Positions 40,751-54,110 of a stretch of 64,000 nucleotides of DNA are shown here, in pieces. The position numbers were made by a program, and so were the translations under genes. A model generated the notes under the pieces. That model ran no database searches. It had not been told where the DNA came from and was given only the letters and a program-made list of their open reading frames with translations. Numbering within the stretch: position 1 is the stretch's first letter; each line of letters opens with the position of its first letter. This DNA is from Octopus sinensis (lineage: Eukaryota), in the NCBI RefSeq assembly GCF_006345805.1, contig NC_043003.1:27094001-27158000 (forward strand). The letters run 5' to 3'.

Positions 40751-40808
40751 TATACTGAAGAGAGAAGTAAGTAAATTTAAATCACTTTAATCTCGAAACG
40801 CGTATATA
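40751..40808 (+). ncRNA. Minimal hammerhead ribozyme in a PLE pLTR (40500-40965)
   Basis: UAUA-CUGAAGA-GAGA...UCUC-GAAAC-GC-GUA-UAUA. Confidence 0.78.
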
Positions 40809-40966
40809 ATTAATCCTGTTTGTGTTGATTCATTATTTTTCTTTTTGCCTTCGTAAAAAAGTATGCTTACCGTCATGGAGATTCTTATAGTAGCAGAAAA
40901 GGAACTTTAACTCCTATTTCTAAATTCGGTACGTGGTGAGCCAATTAGCTGAACCCTAATAATAAT

Positions 40967-41037
<71 letters not shown>

Positions 41038-41335
41038 CAAACCTCCAGCTTCTGTATCCAGACTATGAATTCATATTATAATAATAATTGGAGCACTAGA
41101 TCGTGTTAGCAAATGCTTAAAGGAGAATCTGGATAAAATGGGGTTTTCAGAAAGAGAAGTTGACCGGCTGATTCATACATTACAATGCCAATCTGTTAGC
41201 GGAACAGTAAAATTACGCAAGACTTCTCACGTTCCAAATTTGAATTTGTCTGTGTTAACTAAATCCCAAAGATGGAGCCTTGTATCGTTGTTGGAAACTG
41301 AATCCCTCCTCAGTGGAAGATTTATAATAATTAAA
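41038..41335 (+). mobile_element. R4/Dong-like 3' fragment
   Basis: LQLLYPDYEF..IIIGAL..LIHTLQCQSVSGTVK, homologous to 22689-22940. Confidence 0.7.
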
Positions 41336-41610
41336 AAATAGAAGAGACATACATACACACGCACACATATATGTATACGTATTTGAATAGGCTTTTCTGT
41401 TTTTCGTAATTTATTTACAATAATAGCTTCAATTAACAGTAGCAAATTAAACTATTTTTATGAGAAACGTAAAATTGATACATTTTCATTGAACAGACAA
41501 CATAAAAAGCAACCATGAGTAACGGTGAACATTTTAATTTAAATAGTCAAGGGGAATAACCCATGTATATATATGTATGTATGTATGTTTGTATGATATA
41601 TATAATATAT

Positions 41611-41674
<64 letters not shown>

Positions 41675-41829
41675 TAAGCAATAAAGGGTTTAGCAACGAA
41701 TTGCCTTACCACATACCGAATTTAGAAATAGCAGTCAAAGAGTTATAGCTATTTCTTCTACTAAAAAATGAGATATATAAAATGAGATAGGGGTTGAAAA
41801 TTCAACCCACCATGGGATAATATAACAGG

Positions 41830-44242
41830 AAACTGGATCACTTCTATAAGGATAGAAAATTGAATTTAGACCAGGGAAATTTGCCCCTCTTTAATAATAA
41901 TAGGAACAGAAACTTTCTTGGAACGAATGTGAACAACCCCCTTACTAATAATGAGTGCACCGTACCTGTCAGAGATAATATAAATGTAATAGATCATACT
42001 ACTACTACCAATACTAGTACTAGTGATAGGAATATAGCCGATAATGTGAAATTAACTCATTCGTTGATTTTGGGTTTGGATGATGATAACAATTGTAACA
42101 CTTATAATGTGAATGGTAGTATAGGGGTGGAGACCAATCTTAGATTTCCTCATTCTGTTAATCTTTGTAATTGCAGAAACAAAAATAAATGTGTATTTGG
42201 TAATCAATGCCTCAGGAAGGAGGTAGTTTACCAATGCACTGTAGATACACAATTGAGTAGTAGGGTGTATATCGGGGCAACTATGAATAGCATAAAACAA
42301 AGATTGAATTATCACAGATATACTTTTGAAATAAAAATAGAATGTACTCTACAGGGCTAAGTGCATACATTTGGGAACTTAAAAGTAAGAACTTAGATTT
42401 TAGATTAAACTGGAAAATACTAACTTCAGCCCTGTGTATAATGGAAAAAATAAAAAATGCTCTCTATGTATTAATGAAATTTTTTTCATTATTAAAGCGG
42501 GTCGGCAAATTATTAACAACATTAATGAAAAAAACTTCTTTTGCATTCATAGGCTACCGTTCACCTTTTCTAGATTCAAATAGAACTTAGCACTTCCACT
42601 ATTATTAATTTTTTAACTCCCTTCTTTAACTAACTATACCTGTGGTCTTCTATAATTCTAAAGTATACAACTTATAAATTTATAATTTTATAATTTTTAT
42701 AGCTACATTTGTATAATAATAATAGATGTGTCTAGTATTATTTGTTTCTTGTTTTTGTATGTGGGTTTTTGTTTGTTTTTTAAGGGAAATGCAATATGAC
42801 ATGAAATAACATATTCATTTTGGTATTTGCCTTGTAATATGTGATTTTTGAAGTTTTCTAATATTGCATAGTATATATGTATATCTTGGTTAGATACCTA
42901 GCTCTAGATAATGTAATGATATTGTATAATATGTAATATATGAGAGCCTTTTATGAGTTTGGTGTGTTTAGGTTGAGAATATAGGTTTTTTGTATGTGTT
43001 TATTTGGAAGGTTTTTATTGTATATTTGGTCTTTCTTTGTACTCACCTTAATTTGTATCTTATGCTATTTACTAATAAACCTTTTTCATTTTTTTCATTT
43101 TTTCATTTACATACATTTGGCTTTATAAATATTACCAGCCTTATATATTTAGTTTATATCTATAGTCCTCTGGATCTGTACTTTAAATTATCCTTCCATA
43201 CATATTTACTTTCAACAATATAACATATATATTCACTTTATTTATTTTTTATTTTATTGTAATGTTATCAATCTCTGCATTTAGTCTTCTAATTATTTAT
43301 TTATTTGCCTATTTAAGTGTAGATGTTTACATACATATCAAGTCATCTAATTTGTTATCTATTTATTTTTTACTTATTTACTTATACTAGGGTAGTTTTA
43401 TACATACATATCTATCATTTATTTTTATTTAATTTTAATAATATATGAATACATATATACTGGTTTGTACTTATAATATGTGTATAACCGTATATATTCC
43501 TTCGTATTTATTCCTTCTTATTTATCTTATCACATTTTATCTTAAGTATTTATAATATAAATTTTTAAAAATTTCTGTGATGTTCTCATAAGCGTTTACA
43601 TTAGTACTTCCCCTTCTATTTTTTAATGCCTAAACTGGTATATTATGGCATTAAATTTATTAAGTAAATAAGAGATTTATTTAATATATAAATTAATATA
43701 TATTTTATATTTTATAATTTAGCGTACTTGGAATCATAACAAACTTACGATAAATCTAACAACCGTATGTTTACTATGCAACAAACCGGTGTTATAAATT
43801 TTAAGTTACCCATGAAATAATTATCTGACTTAGTAACATACTGATATTTAAAAAAATATTTATATCTAAATTAATATTTTATGAAATGCATGGGTGGTTC
43901 TTTTTCGTTATTTGAGGCACAGTTTAATTTTGAAGGACTAAATGGTAGCATAGTTGCTTCCCTTTTGTTTATCTATGTGCTAGTTGTTGCTTGTGATTAT
44001 GTATGTGTATAAGTGTATGTATATACATATAACTATGTGTGTATGTGCGATTGATCTGTAGATGCGTGTGTGAATATTGGCGTTCCTTGACTAACCAACC
44101 GTATAATTTTCTTTTGTGATTTAAATTTCAAACCAATAGCCAATCGAATTAATCTAAATTTTCTTTACTAGTGGTCAGCATTTCTAAACTCATAGTTATT
44201 TCGATCTTGAAAGGATGGACTTGGTGCAAACTTAACTGTATC

Positions 44243-44298
<56 letters not shown>

Positions 44299-44965
44299 TA
44301 TTATTATATTATTATTATTAATAATAATTAATAGTAATTTTTATTAACTTTTATAGCTTTAGAATTTTATGAACTGAACCATGGTTTTATTATTATTTTC
44401 ATCTCCCTATGTGTTAGTTTTTTTAAAAAAAACTATTAGCCAAATATGTATAATATCGGTACTTATTAATATTAATATATACACTGATATATATTTTGTT
44501 TTATTTTGTTCTGTTTACCTTCCTTTATTGTACCAATGAGTATTATATTATATAAGTGTAGCATTATGATGTATAAGTTTTTATATTTTACATTTTTATA
44601 TTTTTATATTTATATGTATAGGGTATATAATATTTTTCACAATTATAACAAATTTAATTTAATTCTCTGAAGAGGCCGTGGGGCATCCTGTTTTTAATGC
44701 CTCATTTATACCTGCCTTTATGGCTTATAGGTTAAATGAGGTATGACTGCCCTCACTGCCGAAACAGCTGTCAGTTTTGATTTAATTGCATATTATATTT
44801 GAAATTTTTTACTTATATCTCTTTATCTTTTTACTATTACTGTATATCTCATTTTGTATAATGCCTTTACTCATATGTAATGGTGTATTAAAGTATTGAT
44901 TGGGTATCATCGGATAGTTGATGTTTTATTGATTTAAGTATGTTTCTCCATTCTCTAATTTTGTA

Positions 44966-44967
<2 letters not shown>
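41830..44967 (+). mobile_element. Naiad-type PLE 3' part: GIY-YIG endonuclease, long AT-rich 3' region and pLTR
   Basis: LCNCRNKNKCVFGNQCLRKEVVYQCTV..VYIGAT..KQRLNYHRYTF / STGLSAYIWELK..NWKIL. Hammerhead at 44665-44774. Ends in (TA)n. Confidence 0.8.
44665..44774 (+). ncRNA. Hammerhead ribozyme with extended stem II
   Basis: CUGAAGA(44667)-GGCCGUGGGGCA..UGCCUCAUUUA/UAAAUGAGGUA..UGCCCUCACUGCC-GAAAC(44761)-AGCU-GUC. Confidence 0.78.
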
Positions 44968-45001
<34 letters not shown>

Positions 45002-45006
45002 TTATA

Positions 45007-46167
45007 TCTTTATATATATAAAACTGAGAACGTGTGTCTGTCTGTCTGTGTGTTTCCATAAAACTTGAGAACTACACAACCAATTTCATTCAAATTTTAC
45101 ACATGCTTTACTTAGGGTCCGGGGAGTGTCATCGGCAAAATATTTTTTAACTTTTTGCCTAGAGCGAGCCCACAGCAATATCATATCTTCTCCACTACAA
45201 TTCCCTAAAACATGAGAACTACACAACCAATTCCATTCAAATTTTACACATGCCTTACTTAGGGTCCGTGTAGTTTCGTGGGCAAAAAAATGCTTAACTT
45301 CTTGCCTAGAGCGAGCCCATAGCAATATCATATCTTCTCCACTATTTCAGTATTACGTGTTAAAAGTGAAACAAAAACGTTTCTCTATTTTATGTCAGAT
45401 ACTTTCACTTTAACAATAAAAAAATAATAACAATTGAATTATATGTAGTAAGTAATAATTAAAATCAAACTAAAGTATAATATAATCGTAATATAACAAA
45501 AGTAAAAATAGCAATTGGTATAAAATTGCATCAATGACTTGTGGTTTCACATGAATGGGAATAAATTAAAAATAAAATTAGCGTGCAGAAATGGAATAGT
45601 CCAGATGGATAATAAAAAATTAAATTAAAGAAAAGACTATTGTCTATAAAGTATACAATGTAGAGAAAAAAGAAGATTTGAGCACGTGGAGGAAAGCACC
45701 TTCGAAAAGTGTCTTGGTGCGACTATGAAAGGTATCTAATCAGAGGCGGTAAATTCGCCACAATAGAAGCAAGGTTCGAGTCAACGGAGCGTGCAAGGGA
45801 GTACTCGACTCGAACTTGCAAAGTGGAAATATTTTATTTTTACCTTTATACCTGGAACGTAGGATGTCCCGGAAAAAATTTTTATGCTTCCCCCCACCCC
45901 ACCCAGAAGTAGAGGTAGGCTGGATTGTAGCCACACTTCTATACAAGAGGGAGGACAAGATACAATTGATCGAAATTACAAGAGACGGGCTAACAATTCC
46001 AGTCTGTTATATATTTTGAGTATTGTTATCACTATCGATATCAAGATATAACTTTGTATTTTGTATTTTATGTGTAGATGTATATATATATAGATGTATA
46101 TGTAATACGTACACACATATACATGAACTAGCACTATGACCCGGCAACGACGGGTCTTTAATACTAG
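45007..46167 (+). mobile_element. Non-autonomous Helitron with internal ~145-bp tandem duplication
   Basis: 5' TCTTTATATATATAAAA..(TGTC)n, 3' hairpin GACCCGGCAACGACGGGTC plus CTAG|T. 45062-45200 repeats at 45207-45345. Confidence 0.7.
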
Positions 46168-46903
46168 TATATATATAAGATTGTGTCTGGAGGGAGTCAT
46201 TCTGTTTTAATGCCTTATTAATTAACACATTCACCGGCTCAATTTCCACTCATTTACAAATTATTCGCGTCCCATTATTTAGGCTTCGGGTTCTTTCTAT
46301 ATGATCGGGCCTTTGGACCGTTTTTTCTTCTTTTCATATGATTTCAGTTCGCATCAAAGCTTTCTGAGTGAAACTGGATCAACGTGAAATTAAGGAAAAC
46401 TGAGTAAATTGTGTCAAAAATGTTTTTCTTATGTAGACACAAAACTCGAAATTTGTGAGAGAGAGGGGATGGTTAGATTGACCCTGGAGCTCAGGTGGTA
46501 CTCATTTTATTGACAAAGGTTGAAAGACGAAGTCAACCTCGGCGGAATTTGAACTCTTGAACGTCAAACTAGAGGAAATGCCCGCTTAGCATTTTGTCTG
46601 TTGTGCTGACGATTCTGCCAGGCTGCCGCTGATGAAAGAACGAATAATATGGATTAAATAGAAAACTGCAATAGAACACAAAGAATTACAAAGCTGTGCC
46701 TTTTACATCTTATCTTGGTCGGAATTATACGAAGAGGTGTAATAAATTAGAAACGTTTGACAACACTGGCTTCACTCCGGAAGAATCTGTTTGACATAGC
46801 TTATGCAAACAACACATACACATTATGAAGGCCTGATGTGTTGTTCTTGATCATCGTGATTATTATCGTCGAGATTATCATAATCGTGACCATCATTATC
46901 GTG

Positions 46904-46949
<46 letters not shown>

Positions 46950-47146
46950 ACACTGCAGCCACCACCACAACCACCACTACGCGGACGATAGAAGAGCTTG
47001 AGACAAGTGATGATATATGTACGCTCTACCAGACATAGATGCCCTATACATCTGGACGATGGACAATAATATATCGCTTAATGCCATGAAATTCACAGAT
47101 ATCAAGAGTCCCTCTAACATTGAGTTTGTGAGGACTTCCATTGTGT

Positions 47147-47185
<39 letters not shown>

Positions 47186-47694
47186 GTGTGTGTACGTGTG
47201 TGTGAGAGAGAGAGAATGAGGAGGAAGAGAGTCCAGCAGCACTTGTTTACGTAACTGTGTTGTATGGTTACATAATTGATGTCACTATCATGAAACACGT
47301 GTAAGGCGGCGATCTGGCATAATCCAACTTTACGTTCTGAGCTCAAATGCTGCCGAGGTCGGCTTTTCTTTTCATCCCTGTGGGGTCGATAAAATAAGTA
47401 CCAGTTGAGCATTGAGGTAATTGACTTCCACTGTTACCCCAAATCGCTTGCTGTGTGCCAAAATTTGAAACCAACATCATGCAATATGCGTACATTATAT
47501 AAAAGTTTTAATATCGACTGCGTTTTCTATATGTAGCACGCAGACTCCGCATCCTAGCCTATCTGGATTTATGAAGACTATTTAACCATGTCAAAGATAT
47601 GAGCGTTAAACTGATCTATCACACCCACACCCTTTGCTAACGTGCCGCGCTTTTGGGTGTATTTTTTGTACTATATATATATATATATATATAT

Positions 47695-47982
47695 GTATTC
47701 GATACTCGCTACTCCCCACTCCCCGCATTTTTGCATTTTTATACTCGTTTATATACAAATGTATCAACAATGTCTTTTACGGAAACAGAAAAAAAAAATT
47801 ATTACTTTCTTTTTTTCCAATCTTAACATGCACACACACGCACACATGCATGCACAAACATATTCATTCATACACACATACACACACACATATATATATA
47901 TATGCATACATATATTATATATGTATGTATATATATATAATATATATATATACATACATACATACATACATACATACATACA

Positions 47983-48015
<33 letters not shown>

Positions 48016-48041
48016 TTATACACACACGCACGCACACATGC

Positions 48042-48106
<65 letters not shown>

Positions 48107-48329
48107 CATATATAATATATGTATGCATATATATATATATGTGTGTGTGTGTATGTGTGTATGAATGAATATGTTTGTGCATGCATGTGTGCGTGTGTGT
48201 GCATGTTAAGATTGGAAAAAAAGAAAGTAATGATTTTTTTTTTCTGTTTCCGTAAAAGACATTGTTGATACATTTGTATATAAACGAGTATAAAAATGCG
48301 GGGAGTGGGGAGTAGCGAGTATCGAATAC
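47695..48329. repeat. ~630-bp palindrome centred on (TA)n
   Basis: GTATTCGATACTCGCTACTCCCCACTCCCCGC... pairs with ...GCGGGGAGTGGGGAGTAGCGAGTATCGAATAC. Confidence 0.9.
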
Positions 48330-48852
48330 ACATAGAAATACACACACACATATGCGCACGCACATACAAATACACACATACACACACAGATGTGTGTGTG
48401 TATGTGTGTGTGTGTCTGTGTTTGTTTGTGTGCGTGTTTGTATGTGTGTGTACACATACATAGAGAAAGAATGGAATTACAAAGCGAGGGATAATAGAAG
48501 ATATGGAGAAACATTGAGTGTATATTTATACACACGGTGTATTTGACATTATTGTTCATGAAATCCTAGACAGAATGTTTACTAAATGCTTACAGTATGT
48601 CGGAATTATGGATTGAGGAGCACAAATAGCTGAGTATTCCGTAAGTAAACTGAGTTTTTTCTTTGTTTTATCGGCTCATATATTTTTTGCTATTTATCTG
48701 TCATTATATATGTCACACGTTTTGAATATGTACGTATGTAAATGTTTATGCGCGTATATACGTATGTATGTAGGTTGTATATGTGCATGCATGCATGCAT
48801 GCATGTACATACGTATGCATGTAGGCAGGTATGTATGTATTCAATCATGTAA

Positions 48853-49482
48853 GGCGGTGGGCTAGCAGAAACGTTAGCACGCCGGGCGAAGTGCTTAGCA
48901 GTATTTCGTATGCCGCTACGTTCTGAGTTCAAATTACGCCGAGGTCGACTTTGCCTTTCATCCTTTCGAGGTCGATAAATTAAGTACCAGTTACGCACTG
49001 GGATCGATGTAATCAACTTAATCCGTTTGTCTGTCCTTGTTTGCCCACTCTATGTTTAGCCCCTTGTGGGTAATAATGAAATAAGAAACGTTAGCACGTC
49101 GGGCGAAATGCTTAGCGGTATTTCGTCTACCGTCACGTTGTGAGTTCAAATTCCACCGAGGTCGACTTTGCCTTTCATCCTTTCGGGGTCGATTAAATAA
49201 GTACCAGTTACGCACTGGGGTAGATATAATCGATTTAATCCGTTTGTCTGTCCTTGTTTGTCCTCTCTGTGTTTAGCCCCTTGTAGGTAATAAAGAAATA
49301 GGTATTTCGTCTGCCGTTACGTTCTGAGTTCAAACTCCGCCGATGTCGACTTTACCTTTCATCCTTTCGGGGTCGATTAAATAAGTACCAGTTACGTACT
49401 GGGGTCGATATAATCGACTTAATCCCTTTGTCTGTCCTTGTTTGTCACCTTTATTTTTAGCCCCTTTTGGATAATAAAGAAA
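48853..49482 (+). mobile_element. Head-to-tail trimer of SINE family 2
   Basis: One full unit plus two 5'-truncated units, with a flanking ~26-bp direct repeat CAGGTATGTATGTATTCA(A/T)TCATGTA. Confidence 0.85.
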
Positions 49483-49701
49483 CAGGTATGTATGTATTCA
49501 TTCATGTATGTACGTATGTATGTATGGATATATGTATGTGTGTATGTATGTGTCTGTATGTACACATATAAGCATGCGAGTATGTATGCAAGTACACACA
49601 CACATATGTAAGTATGTGTATGTACATGTATGCGTGTGTGTATGTATATGAATATGCACGCGTGTGTATATACGTGTGCTATTATTTCGATTTATTTCTA
49701 G

Positions 49702-49773
49702 ATTCTTACCAAAGGAGAAAGAACCAGTTTCTAAGCGTCATCCAAGACTCACTAGAATATCAACATCAACAGG
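49702..49773 (+). CDS. Candidate 72-nt internal coding exon
   Basis: TTTATTTCTAG| ... |GTAGTT. Open in phase 1: DSYQRRKNQFLSVIQDSLEYQHQQ. No homology recognised. Confidence 0.25.
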
Positions 49774-49899
49774 GTAGTTGTGCCTGCATGTGTGCATATG
49801 TGCAACTATTTGTCGTTATTGCACGAGCAGATCTATGTTTTTGTTTTATGTACGCATACTCATGTATATAGTTACACGTCTAAACGTGTATATATGTAT

Positions 49900-50797
49900 A
49901 CTAAACTTTTTCAAAGTCTTGCACATTGACAGTTCCATTGATGGTTTGTATCTGTAGTCTTTTGAATAGCTTTGACCTGGTTTTGAGAACACTGATTTCT
50001 CAAGGATCGTGTTGAGACAGTTGGTTACATAGCTAAGTTCTTCAATTATTTAACGATAAATGCCGCCCTTTTCAAGCCTAACCAGGCTCATGGGCCCGGT
50101 TTCCCGGTTTCTGTGGCGTATGTCTCCACCCCCACCCACCCCCCAGCTGGACGGGACGCCAGTCCATCGCAACGTTACTCAAGAAACAGGAAGAGAAAGT
50201 GAGAGAAAGTTGTGGCGAAAGAGTACAACAGGGGTCGTCAGCACCTCCTGCCGGAGCCTCGTAGAGCTTTTTGGTGTTTTCGCTCAATAAACACACACAA
50301 CGCCCGGTCTGGGAATCGAAAGCGCGATCCTCCGACCGCGAGCCCGCTGCCCTAACCACTGGGCCATTGCGCCCCACATGCGCCCTTTCAAGGCCTAGCC
50401 AGGCTCATGGGTCCGGTTTCCCGGTTTCAATGGCGTATATGCTCCCTAGCTGGCCGGGACGCCAGTCCATCGCAGTGTTACTCATTTTTGCCAGCTGAGT
50501 GGACTGGAGCAACGTGAAATGAAGTGTTTTGATCAAGAACACAGCGCGTCGCCAGGTCCAGGAATCGAAACCACAATCTGGCGATCATGATGCTGACACC
50601 CTAACCACTAAGCCACGCGCCTCCACACTTCAATTATTACAGGCATAAATCTCGTTGTCCGAGTGAAGCATTTGTAAATTTCTCAATAATTCAGCATAGA
50701 TACAATATTTTTGCTGATCTTCAGCTGTACCATAGCATCTGTGGGGTAGCTCACTTCCTCTATAGTACATGGTTTCTCTTCTTTGTCACAAATCACT
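49900..50797 (-). mobile_element. R4/Dong-like 3' fragment interrupted by a SINE dimer
   Basis: EEVSYPTDAMVQLKISK..YAELLRNLQML and KLFKRLQIQT remnants lie on either side of the SINE. Confidence 0.7.
50060..50627 (-). mobile_element. Dimeric tRNA-headed SINE (family 3)
   Basis: Same two-unit order as 28630-29131. TSD CTTCAATTATT at 50040-50050 and 50628-50638. Confidence 0.82.
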
Positions 50798-50852
50798 CTA
50801 TGTATGTATGTATGTATGTATGTATGTATGTATGTATGTATGTATGTATGTA

Positions 50853-53800
50853 TGGGTAGGAATTCCTTTCTTCGATCCGAAAATTGATAGTAGCGGTCGG
50901 TAGTCAGTCAGAAGCCGAAAATTTCTACTGTGGAGAAATCTGTGAAGTTTCTTCAGGGCAAAATTATTCGCTAGAGCTTCTTTCTCTACCTGACTCAGTT
51001 TTTTTTCTGCTGCAATCAGAGCACGTGAAGCATGAACCACCGCCTTTATATTACCGTCTTTATATTTGTGTAGAAAACTGTTCCTACGTAATATTCAGAA
51101 GCGTCAGAAGCTACAATAATTACAACTTTAAGTACATTCCTTCTAAGAAAATTGGCCATGCGGATAGTTTATCTAGGCTAATTCCGAAGAATGTGGAACC
51201 GCTGTAAGATACGGTGATAGCCGCATTACAATCAGAAAAGGAAGTTAAAAGAGTTATGTGTAATGTCATTCAGGATTTGCCAGTGACTGATATAAGATAT
51301 TAAAAAGTAAATCCGCGGAGGACAAATACATCATAAAAATGAAGAAAACCTTGAAAAATAAACAAAATAGAAACACGAATGCAAACCACTTTTCACTGTG
51401 CGACGATGTATTAATGTACGCACAAAGAGTAGTAGTACCAACTGCACTTCAGAAACGGATATTACATGAATTTCATAGTGGACACCCGGGGATGTCAAGA
51501 ACGAAAGCTTTGATGGGGAGTTACGTGTATTGGCCGACAAGGGACCGGGACATTGAAAATTTGGTAAAATCATGTAGAGGTTGCGTACTAGCAGTCAAGG
51601 CTCCACCTGTGAAATACCAATCGTGGCCTGAGACTGATAGTTCGTGGTCCAGGGTACATATAGAATACGCTGGACCGGTGAATGACACGTACTACTTGAT
51701 CATTGTTGATAGCCTTACCAAGTGGTCGGAACTATGCAGGTAGCCAATCACGAAGGCAACAATAAAGTTCCTGCAAGAATATTTGCTTGATAACGTGTCC
51801 GGACATCATACAATTGGACAATGGAATACAATTAACAGGATACGAGCTTAAGGAATTTTGCAAAATGCATGCAATCAAGCACATGTTTACCCTGCTCTAC
51901 CACCCGAGGTCAAATGGGCAAGCAGAACGATCCGTGGATACTTTCAAGCGAGCGATGAAAATGTAAGGAACGAGTTAGGAAATGACGAAGCGTTAACTAA
52001 ATTTTTAAGGGTGTACAGAATAATGCCTAATCCAAATACCAGTTTAGACAAGTCGCCTGCAGATGTAATGTTCGCACGAAAGATTAAATCGATCGTTGAC
52101 AAATTGTCGCCAAAGGTAAAAAAACGCATAGAGAAAATACAAAAAATTCAACTAAACATTTTGATATCGGAGACGAAGTCCATTTGAAAGTATACGAGAA
52201 TGGTAAATAGAGTTGGAAGGATAGTGTAGAGACTAAAAGAATTGGAAACATGATGTATATAATAAAAGGCCAACGATAGGAGCATAAACGAAACCTAAAT
52301 CAATTAAAAATCAGACATACAGAAGGGAAGGAAATTCTAACGGAAGTGTTTTACATGTTCAACGTGCCAGCACCGAAAGAGATTGAGTCTAGAAGGAACA
52401 GTAACAGAAAACTTAAACAGACTGAACATTTAGAAATAATTCGTAAGCGGAAAAGCACTGAACTCCCTAGGGAAGCAAAATTTCAAAAAGGGAGAGGTGC
52501 TGGAAGAAAGAAAAAAAATTTCGTTCCCTACGGAAGTCGAAATCTCAAAAGAGGAGATGTTGTGGCGAGAGTCACGACACTTCCTGCAAGAATAGACTTG
52601 ACCGAACAACTATAAATAGTAGTGGTCTGAGTGAGAGACGGAGAGAGCGGGCGTTAATCGAAGGAAGTTGGAAGGTATTTTGGTCGTTTGTCGGAATATC
52701 GTTTGTAGGTTTGTGTATAGTTCGTGGAGAGTTTGTTGGATTGTTACGTTGTTGTTACCCTGCTTCATTACATATTCTATTGTTCCTATCAGGTCATCCG
52801 ATAAGTTCTGTCCGATTTTACTTTTTTTTAAATTGAATGAAATTTAATAGTATTTTAGAATATCTACTTGAATTAAAAATTACTTTTATGCATTTGTGTA
52901 TATTTAAACCAATTAAATTTTATTTTACAGAATAATAGAATTAAAATTACTTTGATTAAAACCCTTTCTAACATGGAAGTATCCAAAGAGTATTTGAGGC
53001 ACATAATGCTTTATGAGTACATAAAAGGAAACTCTGCAGCCGGGGCGACTCGAAACATACACTCAGATTATGGGAAAGAATGCTTGAATGAAAGAGCTTG
53101 CAGAAGATGGTTTGCAAAATTCAGAACTGGAGATTTCAGCCTTGAAGATGAAGATCGAACAGAACGTCCAATTGAGTTTGATGATAAGCTCCTTGAGGCA
53201 TTACTTGAAGAAAATCCTGCATTATCAGTTAAAGAATTGGCAATAAAGCTTAGTTCAAACCATACGACTGTTCATCGTCATCTTCAACAACTTTGAAAGG
53301 TTCCTAAACTTGGAAAATAGGTGCCTCATGAATTGTCCGAAAGCAACCACAAATCCCGAGTTGACATCTGCTCTTCTTTCTATTCTCGCGAATTCATTTC
53401 ACCCTTTTTGGATATACTTGTGACTGGTGACGAAAAATGGATCTTCTATCGAAATGTTAAACGTCGTAAACAGTGGCTTGGTAAAAGGGAAAAACTCAAC
53501 CACAACCGTGAAGGGAACTTCATGGGAAAAAGGTGCTTCTCTCTATCTGGTGGGATTGCAAAGGAGTAATTCACTTTGAATTGTTATCACCTAATGCAAC
53601 AATCAATGCTCAAGTCTACTGTCGGTAATTAGAGCGTTTGAACCTAGCTTTGAAGAAAACAAAAGACACGCTTTGGTGAATCGAAAAGGGGTGATGTTTC
53701 ATCAGAACAATGCGCGAACCCACCCTTCAAAGATCACATCACAGCAGATCGAAGAGCTTGGCTGGGTAAAAATTCCTCATCCGCCTTATTCTCCCTATCT

Positions 53801-54110
53801 TGTTCCTTCAGACTACCATTTGTTTCGTAGTTTACATAACTTTCGCAAGCCAGGAGGAGGTACAAACAGACATTTCAGAATCCTTTGCTTTGAAACCAAA
53901 AGAGTTTTACATTGATGGGATTAAAAAGCTTGTAAATAGATGGAAGGAAGTCATAGATAATCAGGGAAAGTACATTGATGATTAAATTTAAATTAAATAC
54001 AACATTTGATCGCTTGTTTTCTTTATTCAAAATTCGGACAGAACTTATGCGATGACCTGATACATGGTTATAGCGTAAACAAGTATCATCATAAATAGTG
54101 GCGATACAAC
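50853..54110 (+). mobile_element. Gypsy LTR retrotransposon remnant (RNase H piece inverted, integrase, PPT, 3' LTR split by mariner)
   Basis: RNase H (EKEALA..F.LLTDYRPL) on the - strand. HADSLSRL, HSGHPG..YVYWP..C..C and WSRVHIEYAGP on the + strand. PPT AAAAGAGGAGA, then LTR TGTTGT(52558)...ACAACA(54110). Confidence 0.85.
52789..54060 (+). mobile_element. Complete-length mariner (1272 bp) with disrupted transposase
   Basis: TIRs TCAGGTCATCCGATAAGTTCTGTCCGA / TCGGACAGAACTTATGCGATGACCTGA with TA TSD. LVTGDEKW, HQNNARTH and PYSPYLVPSDYHLF, with stops. Confidence 0.95.

Noticed and set aside
48596-48640. 45-nt exon-like segment (TTACAG|...|GTAAGT)
   Set aside because: Stops in all three frames. 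It could only be non-coding, and there is no supporting evidence.
48853-49482. CRISPR-like repeat array
   Set aside because: Eukaryotic SINE tandem with long units, no unique spacers and no cas genes.
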